Source of the DNA: an uncultured bacterium
GTDB taxonomy: Bacteria > Bacteroidota > Ignavibacteria > OLB7
DNA: 35,187 nucleotides
Assembly (NCBI GenBank): GCA_966128725.1
Contig: CBHYLN010000046.1
Span: forward strand, 1 to 35,187
Direction of reading: 5' to 3'
Position numbers and translations under genes: made by a program. A model generated the notes under the pieces. That model was not told the DNA's origin, did not search any database, and saw nothing but the letters and a program-made list of their open reading frames with translations. Each line of letters begins with the position of its first letter. Position 1 is the first letter of the stretch. This document shows, in pieces, positions 17,694 to 24,984 of this stretch.

Positions 17694-18848
17694 ATGTTTG
17701 ATTTCGTCAGCAATATTCTAGCCGGCATTCGTCGTATGGTTTTACCCGTGCGGCGCCGCCCGTTACTGGCTTGGCAGTTGCTGGCCGGGATGGCCGTGCT
17801 GGCCTGCGCTAATGCCGGTTGTGGTCGGCAGCCTGATGAGCGGTCATCATCGTCCGTTCAGTTGAACGCAGCGTTTGTTGACGGGCTGTACACATCACTC
17901 GATTTCAAATCACCGCGACGTGTTTTCGAGACCGTATTTGCCAGCTTGGGTGACAACCCGATTGTGTATCCGTCGGAAGGGTGTTATTACTTCAAGATGG
18001 CGATGAATGGCCAGTACGTAGGGGGGACCATCTCGTTTCCTGTTGAGGCGCGAGATACCGGCTTCGCCACATTCAATTTCGTTACCATCAGCGAGGACAA
18101 GTTTGAATCGCCCGATATGCATGGCCCATCCGGCGCGTTGCGATTGGATACGATGGACGGATGCAGCGTAACCCAATCCGGTCGGGATCGGTACGATGTT
18201 TCCTATCAGGGGCGAACCGTGCACTTCCGGATGTACATGGGTGATACAATACCACCGGCTCCGGGACAGTTGCTGGCCGAGGAGGAATATGTTGGCCCAT
18301 CGTTCGATGAATCCGGGCTGAGATTCTACCTGTTGTTCAATCGCCGCGTTGAACGCCTGTACTGGATGTTGAACGAGAGTGGTTTTGTGCCGGAGCAGTT
18401 CCGGACCATTGATACAGGTGTTGTTCTGGGCGGACGTACGGGATTTGTGTTCTACAGCGATACGGCCCGCGAACGGAAAATCCTCATCGGGGTTGATTCC
18501 GCCAATGCCGCGCAGAACAATTGGTACGATGGGCCGTTCGATGAACTGCCGGACAGCTACATACAACGCGGCACGGTGCGTATCAAGCAGTACCTGGTGC
18601 GGCACTATGGGCTGGACTCCAACACGATCGACCGCTATGGCCGATTCAAGCGTTCGCGTGGGATCCGTGTGCCGGTTGCCCCATACCATGACTACGGCAA
18701 TCTCCGCGAGTTCACGTATCTCCGGCAGTTGAGGGCCGATCACTCCGATCCATCGACGTTCCTTGCCAGGGTCACGGGGCGATGGCCACGGCAGCCCCAA
18801 CCACCCGGGGGCCTGCCGAACGAATCACGCGCGGAGGCGAGGCCATGA
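17694..18848 (+). CDS. Hypothetical lipoprotein, paralog A of a tandem pair (alternative start at 17736, MVLPVRRRPLLAWQLLAGMAVLAC)
   Basis: Lipoprotein-type signal (...LAGMAVLACANAGC). It shares conserved blocks with paralog B: VYPSEGCYYF vs VYPSENYCYF, YQGRTVHFRMY vs YQGRTVVFALY, VGPSFDESGLRF (identical) and NNWYDGPFD (identical). Confidence 0.65.
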   Translation: MFDFVSNILAGIRRMVLPVRRRPLLAWQLLAGMAVLACANAGCGRQPDERSSSSVQLNAAFVDGLYTSLDFKSPRRVFETVFASLGDNPIVYPSEGCYYFKMAMNGQYVGGTISFPVEARDTGFATFNFVTISEDKFESPDMHGPSGALRLDTMDGCSVTQSGRDRYDVSYQGRTVHFRMYMGDTIPPAPGQLLAEEEYVGPSFDESGLRFYLLFNRRVERLYWMLNESGFVPEQFRTIDTGVVLGGRTGFVFYSDTARERKILIGVDSANAAQNNWYDGPFDELPDSYIQRGTVRIKQYLVRHYGLDSNTIDRYGRFKRSRGIRVPVAPYHDYGNLREFTYLRQLRADHSDPSTFLARVTGRWPRQPQPPGGLPNESRAEARP

Positions 18849-19930
18849 ACAGAGCGCTACTGGCAGCCATTGTGCTGATACCCGCTATTGTGTGTGGGGC
18901 GTTTCTGACTCAGCTTGTTGAGATCCCCGGGCTTGGGCGCGGCAGCCACACACAGCGCGCCCCATATCTGGTTACCAACGAGGCCTATATCGATGGGCTC
19001 TACACCGAGCTGAACCTGAAGGATCCAATCGAGGTGTTCGGATACTTCTTCGCGCGCCTGCCAAAGACGGTGAATGTCTACCCGTCGGAAAACTACTGCT
19101 ACTTCGTGTTCACCGCCGCCGGAAGGCAGGTTGTTGGGTCGCTGACACTGTATCCCGCCGAGCGCGACAAGGGCGTTGTGGGTTTCGGATATGTGGCCAA
19201 GATCGACGACAAGCGTCGTCAGAAATTCTTTCCCATGAAGGGGGGCAGCCACGATTTCGGCCCAAGTGATGGTCTGGCGCTGAAACGGCTCGACGATTGG
19301 CACTACGAGGCGGCCTATCAGGGGCGGACCGTGGTGTTTGCGTTATACAATGACAGCGCGTTCCGCAGGACGTCCACACGTTTGATGGCATCCGAAACGG
19401 TTGTTGGGCCAAGCTTCGATGAATCCGGGCTTCGCTTCCTGCTGGTGTTCAACAACGCGTCAAAAGCGCTGTACTGGATCCTGAACGAGGACGGGTTTGT
19501 TCCCGAGGCGTTTGAGAGATATACGGACGATATTGTCGTTGGGGCACGCACGCGATACGCGTTCTTTCAGGACACCGTGTTGGGGCGCAAGGTGATGATT
19601 GGTGTGGACGGATTCAACGTGTTGCAAAACAACTGGTACGATGGGCCATTCGATCAAATGCCGGATAACCAGGTTCTTGCCGGCGGTGTCCACGTGAAGC
19701 GGTATCTGTTGGCAGCCTACCGTCTGGAGGAGGACATGATCGACAGTCTTGGCCAGTACGAACATTCACACGGCTCGATGCGATTGCCCGTGGCCTCGTA
19801 CATGGTGTATTTCAATCGCAGGCAGCTCCTGTTCGCCGACTCCTGCGCCGCGCACATCCGGTCGCGTGATTCGTTATACGCGGTGATCACGGAGCAGAAG
19901 TACGATGTGCCCCGGAAGTACGATTACTGA
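18845..19930 (+). CDS. Hypothetical lipoprotein, paralog B, translationally coupled to paralog A by an ATGA overlap
   Basis: GGAGG sits 8 nt upstream. MNRALLAAIVLIPAIVCGAF is a signal peptide with a lipobox-like Cys. Conserved blocks as for paralog A. Confidence 0.7.
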   Translation: MNRALLAAIVLIPAIVCGAFLTQLVEIPGLGRGSHTQRAPYLVTNEAYIDGLYTELNLKDPIEVFGYFFARLPKTVNVYPSENYCYFVFTAAGRQVVGSLTLYPAERDKGVVGFGYVAKIDDKRRQKFFPMKGGSHDFGPSDGLALKRLDDWHYEAAYQGRTVVFALYNDSAFRRTSTRLMASETVVGPSFDESGLRFLLVFNNASKALYWILNEDGFVPEAFERYTDDIVVGARTRYAFFQDTVLGRKVMIGVDGFNVLQNNWYDGPFDQMPDNQVLAGGVHVKRYLLAAYRLEEDMIDSLGQYEHSHGSMRLPVASYMVYFNRRQLLFADSCAAHIRSRDSLYAVITEQKYDVPRKYDY

Positions 19931-20192
19931 GCCGCCAACCACGATCCCGGAACGCGGGGCCAGAGCCGCTTCCAAGGGATCACATTGACTTCCCGGCACG
20001 CTCCACAACCGATACTCGACACAATTCGTCGGCGCCAATGTCCAATTTCGTGCCGGATATCTCTCTATGTCAGTGCGAAGCAATCATGTGATGAGCCATG
20101 ATGTCGTTTGCCGATCGAATTTCCCGGCAGCTCCTGTCGGTAGGCGCACGGCGTTATCACTCCCAGTTCATTTCACATCAGGAGTCACGTCT

Positions 20193-20612
20193 ATGACAAC
20201 TTCGAGCCTTCGAATCAGTCCAGCAGCTCTTATTGCCGCGTTTGTGTTGTTCCTTGCGATGTCGGGCGTTGGTCTCGCGCAGGTGCTGTGCCCGGCGGTG
20301 AAGGTCAACAACCAGACCAACTGCACGATCAACCTTTGCCTGTACGACAGCCTGGCCGGTGTGGTAACCTGCCACATGATCCCCGCAGGCGCGCCGAACA
20401 CACCATTTCCCTTCCCGGCAGGATTTGTGCCAACCGGCGTGCAGACCGCATCGGGCAACCACTACGCATTCCCCGCGCAGCCTCCCAGCCCGGCCTGCAC
20501 CCCCTGTATCAATCTGGGGCCGCTTGGCGCTGTCTGTTGCGCCACCGTGTGCTACGATCAGACAACCTGCCGTATCCTGATATCGAACTGCGCCTCGCCG
20601 TGTCTGCCATAA
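20193..20612 (+). CDS. Small secreted cysteine-rich protein, paralog 2 (139 aa, 12 Cys)
   Basis: AGGAGT sits 7 nt upstream. Signal peptide MTTSSLRISPAALIAAFVLFLAMSGVGLAQ. The mature region aligns with the 16143 protein (KVNNQTNC...ACTPCINLGP...VCCATVC...ISNCASPC). Confidence 0.65.
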   Translation: MTTSSLRISPAALIAAFVLFLAMSGVGLAQVLCPAVKVNNQTNCTINLCLYDSLAGVVTCHMIPAGAPNTPFPFPAGFVPTGVQTASGNHYAFPAQPPSPACTPCINLGPLGAVCCATVCYDQTTCRILISNCASPCLP

Positions 20613-20665
20613 CCTGGTGATCCGGTCGGCGCGGTAGTTCGAACTGCATAACCGCATGCAGCGGC

Positions 20666-20706
20666 GAAGCCCGTGACGTTTTCGTTGCGGGCTTCGTGCT
20701 GTTGTG
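20666..20706 (+). terminator. Intrinsic terminator after cysteine-rich paralog 2
   Basis: Stem GAAGCCCG / CGGGCUUC with a 14-nt loop, followed by GUGCUGUUGUG. Confidence 0.55.
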
Positions 20707-20969
20707 ATATGGCGCTGCAACAATGCCGTGTATGGCTATTCCCATGCCTGGAAGATCACTACAGCGAAAATTCATATGCCGGAAGTATTTGGCATGCCAA
20801 ATCCGAGAGGCACGGTGAGGTTAACGGGAACAGGAAGAGCTGTTGCCGCGTGTTGAGATAACAAAAGATGTTTTGAAAATTCACCCCACATTTAGCGCTC
20901 GCGATGTGATTTACTTGGGTAATAGTGCAAAACAACGTGAATCGAGAGCAACAGAAGCATAATTTCGAA

Positions 20970-20987
20970 TATTTATCATGATAAATA
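20970..20987. promoter_or_regulatory. 18-bp AT-rich perfect palindrome TATTTATCATGATAAATA, Fur-box-like, ~65 bp upstream of the duplicated lipoprotein / DUF1111 / YHYH gene array
   Basis: Perfect dyad symmetry. It is built from TGATAA/TTATCA hexamers like metalloregulator (Fur-family) operators. It sits in a locally AT-rich promoter-like region (20860-21050). Confidence 0.4.
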
Positions 20988-21051
20988 ATTCTCATGAATG
21001 AACTATCTTGAATCACCCCCGCACAACATCATACCCAACCAGGAGTTTCGG

Positions 21052-21912
21052 ATGACGACGAAAACAATCGGCGCCATGCTGGCCGTTGTGGCCTGTGGCG
21101 CTACGTTGACGCTTGTGAGCTGCGAGAGCGAAAATGCCGCCCCCACGAGCAATACCCCTGCCGTAAACGGTGGAGGGAAATCCCCCAGGGTTCTTTCCAC
21201 ATGCGCGAACCTGTTCGGCGGAATTGAGAATTGCACAATCGGCACTTCGGATCTTGTTGCCGACCCAGCCGCCGGCACGGTGACGGTGACGGGCTTCGAT
21301 ACCGATGGCAAGGACGGCGTTTCCGGTGCTTTCGCCGATGCGGACGAATGGTCGCAGCATGCGGTGGCGGACTTCGGTACGCGCACCGGTGCAAGCCTTC
21401 ATCTGGCGGCGATAACGGATGGGCAGGCGGTCAGCACTCTGGATATCGACCGGGTGAATACCACGACGTTCAACTACACACCAACCTTTACTGCTGGCAA
21501 CGGTGGTAATTCCAGTTTCCACGTGCATGTGTTCAGCAATGGTGTGCTGGTTGGAGGCGAGGAGAGCATTCCTCCGGGGACGCCGGTGGCGGTTATTGTG
21601 GGCGGTGGTGACCCCGACCGCGATGGCGGCGACCGGCGGAGGAAGTTCAAGCCGCATACCGCACGACAGGCAAACCCGAACAATCCCTGGCAGGCATTGG
21701 GGGCGTGCCAATGGGGCGATGCCATGACGCGAGCCGGCGCAACGTTTTCGGTACATCTTCCCAACGGAGCAACGCTGGTAGGCGATGAAGTGCTCTTTAC
21801 CGAACGGGTTGAAGCCGGCCAGGCGGTGTACAACAACTTCCAACGGGTTGACGTGACGGGAAATCTTGATTCGTACACGATACAGGACGAATCGTCGGTG
21901 CCGGTGGAATAG
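21052..21912 (+). CDS. Hypothetical lipoprotein of 286 aa, tandem duplicate copy 1
   Basis: AGGAGT sits 6 nt upstream. MTTKTIGAMLAVVACGATLTLVSCESE reads as signal peptide plus lipobox. The protein is Gly/Thr/Val-rich and probably beta-rich. No family is recognised. The antisense ORF 21013-21996 is rejected. Confidence 0.75.
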   Translation: MTTKTIGAMLAVVACGATLTLVSCESENAAPTSNTPAVNGGGKSPRVLSTCANLFGGIENCTIGTSDLVADPAAGTVTVTGFDTDGKDGVSGAFADADEWSQHAVADFGTRTGASLHLAAITDGQAVSTLDIDRVNTTTFNYTPTFTAGNGGNSSFHVHVFSNGVLVGGEESIPPGTPVAVIVGGGDPDRDGGDRRRKFKPHTARQANPNNPWQALGACQWGDAMTRAGATFSVHLPNGATLVGDEVLFTERVEAGQAVYNNFQRVDVTGNLDSYTIQDESSVPVE

Positions 21913-22206
21913 GCGGTATACGATCTTGTGGGGCGGGCTTAACAATATCAGCACAGCACCCTCGCGATTGTGCGGCGGCTCGCCGGTGCGTGTCATCCAT
22001 CGATGATGTTGCTCCGGCGAGCGCGGCGCCGCAATGACATGCTGCTCGTTCGTGCGGCGTGTTGGCAGGCGCGGGCACCATCCACAGGGTGTTTGTTATA
22101 GGAGCGCAGGCGGTGACTGGCTTGAGGTACGGCCCCGAGAATTGTTTTCCCCATGGGTTATATTGGGCTCCCCCCGCACAACATCATACCCAATCAGGAG
22201 TTTCGG

Positions 22207-23064
22207 ATGAGGACGAAAACAATCGGCGTCATGCTGGCTGTTGTGGCCTGTGGTGCTACGTTGACGCTCGTGAGCTGTGAGAACGAAAGTGCTGCCCCCA
22301 CGAGCAATACCCCTGCCGTCGGCGGTGGAGGGAAGTCCCCGCGGGTTCTTTCCACATGCGCGAACCTGTTCAGCGGAATTGAGAATTGCACAATCGGCAC
22401 TTCGGATCTTGTTGCCGACCCAGCCGCCGGCACGGTGACGGTGACGGGCTTCGATACCGATGGCAAGGACGGCGTTTCCGGTGCTTTCGCCGATGCGGAC
22501 GAATGGTCGCAGCATGCGGTGGCGGACTTTGGTGAACGGGCGGGCGCAAGCCTTCATCTGGCGGCGATAACGGATGGGCAGGCGGTCAGCACGCTGGATA
22601 TCGACCGTGTGAATGCCACGACGTTCAACTACACACCAACCTTTACCGCTGGCAACGGTGGTAATTCCAGTTTCCACGTGCATGTGTTCAGCAATGGTGT
22701 GTTGGTTGGTGGGCTGGAAGACAATCCACCAGGGACGCCGGTTTCAATTGTTGTGTCTGGCGATGATGACCGCGACGGCGGGGGGCATCGGAGAAAGTTC
22801 AGGCCACATACCGCGCGGCAGGCAAACCCGAACAATCCCTGGCAGGCATTGGGGGCGTGCCAGTGGGTCGAGGCTGCCTCCAAGGCTGGCGTCACATTCA
22901 CGGTGAGTCTCCCGAAGGGAGCAACATTGGTTGGAGACGAGATCCTTTTTACCGAAGAAGTGGCTGAGGGCCATGCGGTATATACCAACTTCCAACGTGT
23001 TGACGTGACGGGGAATCTTGATTCGTATACGATACATGACGAATCGTCGGTGCCGGTGGAATAG
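22207..23064 (+). CDS. Hypothetical lipoprotein of 285 aa, tandem duplicate copy 2
   Basis: Same RBS and lipoprotein signal (MRTKTIGVMLAVVACGATLTLVSCENE). Near-identical to copy 1. Differences cluster in the region following SFHVHVFSNGVLVGG (acidic DPDRDGGDRRRKFKPH in copy 1 vs DDDRDGGGHRRKFRPH in copy 2) and in the C-terminal third. Confidence 0.75.
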   Translation: MRTKTIGVMLAVVACGATLTLVSCENESAAPTSNTPAVGGGGKSPRVLSTCANLFSGIENCTIGTSDLVADPAAGTVTVTGFDTDGKDGVSGAFADADEWSQHAVADFGERAGASLHLAAITDGQAVSTLDIDRVNATTFNYTPTFTAGNGGNSSFHVHVFSNGVLVGGLEDNPPGTPVSIVVSGDDDRDGGGHRRKFRPHTARQANPNNPWQALGACQWVEAASKAGVTFTVSLPKGATLVGDEILFTEEVAEGHAVYTNFQRVDVTGNLDSYTIHDESSVPVE

Positions 23065-23236
23065 TTGGCGTAATGTTTCAAGGGTGTTGCTGAATTTACT
23101 GAGCAGGCATCCCGGGATTGACATGCGGGGCGTCAGGGATCCTTCAACCAACGAATCGCCTGCCGTCCCGCTGCAACCCGACGGTGTCAACGCAACAATG
23201 CGTGGCCAATTGCACGCCATCTCCCCGGGAGTATTC

Positions 23237-24646
23237 ATGCGCATTATTCTCAGTGTCGTTGTTGTTGTTGCCTTGATAACGGGTGGGCTGTGGTATGCCT
23301 CGGAATATTCGGGGCACTCGGCTGAATCGGTGCTGGGTTCGGATGAACTTGGATTTCAGCCGGTTGCCATCGACCCACTTTCCGGCGGGGGCACCAGCAT
23401 CCGCGACACCGGGCGCAATTCCTACGGGCGGTCGCCAGCCAACCTCACGGCGTTCGATACGCGCTGGCCTGTATTTGTTGAGGGGAAGACGGTGTTTGAG
23501 CGGAACTGGGGTACGCCGCGCGGCGGCCGAGCACTGTTGGGGCCGATGTTCAACGCAACGGCATGCAGCCAGTGCCATCGCCGCGATGGCCGAAGCCAGC
23601 CGCCGCTGCAACAGGGGGAGATTCCAGAGGGGCTGGCCTTCCGGCTGAGCGCCGGTGATAGCGGGCGGTCCCAATCGCCCGACCCGCTGTACGGCGAGCA
23701 GCTTGATTATTACGGTGCCAATGGTGCGCCCGGCGAGGGGAGTGTTGTCATCACTGATATTCCAGTCAACGGATCCTTCGCCGATGGAAGCGCATATATG
23801 CTTCAGCGCCCGATCTATCACTTCGCCAATCTTGCACACGGGCCGATGGGCCGTGATACCCGGGTATCGCCGCGAGTGGCCCCGGCGAACTTCGGGTTGG
23901 GCCTGCTGGAGATGATCCCCGAGCACGAAATTCAGGCCCTGGCCGATCCCGGCGACGCAGACAGAGACGGCATCTCCGGCCGTCCCAATTATGTGTACGA
24001 TTATCGGCTGCGGCGCATGGCCCTGGGGCGCTTTGGCTGGAAGGCCAACCAGCCGACGCTGGAGCAGCAGATCCTGAAGGCGTTCAGTCTGGACATAGGA
24101 ATTACCTCGACAATGTTTCCCGGTGACAGTGCCGCCGTGCAAGCAGGGCGTGGCGCAGGCCCGGAGCTGAGCGATACGGAGCGCGCGAGCATTCTGTTCT
24201 ACATGAAACTCCTTGCCGTGCCCAGGCAGCGCGATCCGCGGGACCTCTCCGTGTTGCGGGGCGCGGCGATTTTCCGTGGCATCGGCTGTGCTGGCTGCCA
24301 CGCCACCAGCTTCACCACCGGCGATGACCCTGCTTTCCCCGAGCTTTCGCGACAGACGATTCATCCCTACACCGATCTTCTGCTTCACGACATGGGCGAG
24401 GCCCTGGCCGACGACCGCCCGGACGGGCGCGCCGACGGGCGGGAGTGGCGCACGCCGCCGCTGTGGGGGATAGGGCTGTTGAAGGCGGTAAGCGGCCACA
24501 CGCGCCTTCTGCACGACGGGCGGGCGCGGAACATCGAGGAGGCAATCCTGTGGCACGCCGGCGAGGCGACTGCTTCGCAAACCCTGTATCGCCGGCTGCC
24601 GCGCACCGAACGCAGCGCGCTGCTGGCGTTTCTGGGTTCGTTGTGA
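23237..24646 (+). CDS. DUF1111-family di-heme cytochrome c oxidoreductase (putative peroxidase / 'thiol oxidoreductase')
   Basis: Two CxxCH heme motifs (CSQCH and CAGCH) are spaced as in DUF1111 di-heme proteins. N-terminal signal/anchor MRIILSVVVVVALITGG. The conserved C-terminal block EWRTPPLWGIG...LLHDGRA is present. Confidence 0.8.
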   Translation: MRIILSVVVVVALITGGLWYASEYSGHSAESVLGSDELGFQPVAIDPLSGGGTSIRDTGRNSYGRSPANLTAFDTRWPVFVEGKTVFERNWGTPRGGRALLGPMFNATACSQCHRRDGRSQPPLQQGEIPEGLAFRLSAGDSGRSQSPDPLYGEQLDYYGANGAPGEGSVVITDIPVNGSFADGSAYMLQRPIYHFANLAHGPMGRDTRVSPRVAPANFGLGLLEMIPEHEIQALADPGDADRDGISGRPNYVYDYRLRRMALGRFGWKANQPTLEQQILKAFSLDIGITSTMFPGDSAAVQAGRGAGPELSDTERASILFYMKLLAVPRQRDPRDLSVLRGAAIFRGIGCAGCHATSFTTGDDPAFPELSRQTIHPYTDLLLHDMGEALADDRPDGRADGREWRTPPLWGIGLLKAVSGHTRLLHDGRARNIEEAILWHAGEATASQTLYRRLPRTERSALLAFLGSL

Positions 24647-24984
24647 GCAGGAGGGGGTGTACCACGTGCATGCGCCGTTGCGATGTACGGTGCAACGCCA
24701 TGGAGATCGCGAAAGGAGATTCCGCGCCAATTGTTTGGTCGAAAATTTGGCTCACCATGCATCGCCGACCATACGTGCCGTACACCGCCACAACGAGGAT
24801 TACCCCGGCTCATCTTTTTTTTGTGGAACCAAACGATGGTTGGTGCCTCCAATGGCCAAGCCAGCGAATCCGTTTGTGAACCTTTCGTGCCTGGCACATC
24901 ATCCCGCGAATGTCCTGAAGGCGTTGCCATCGGCTCCTGATGCGCATGCTGTCCCCCGTAACTGCAAATCGATGCGGACCGCAA

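Larger units (their letters stand above)
21016..23067 (+). repeat. Recent tandem segmental duplication of ~1.16 kb (copy 1 ~21016-21915, copy 2 ~22176-23067), each copy carrying a 5' UTR, an RBS and a complete lipoprotein gene
   Basis: The two copies are co-linear and highly similar at nucleotide level, including the 5' UTR (cccccgcacaacatcatacccaa[c/t]caggagtttcggatga). The encoded proteins are very similar across their whole length. Confidence 0.85.

Noticed and set aside
21052-23064. Duplicated lipoproteins as imelysin-like (IrpA) partners of DUF1111
   Set aside because: No GxHxxE imelysin motif is present, and the composition looks beta-rich rather than all-alpha. The functional analogy is retained only as a hypothesis, not a family call.
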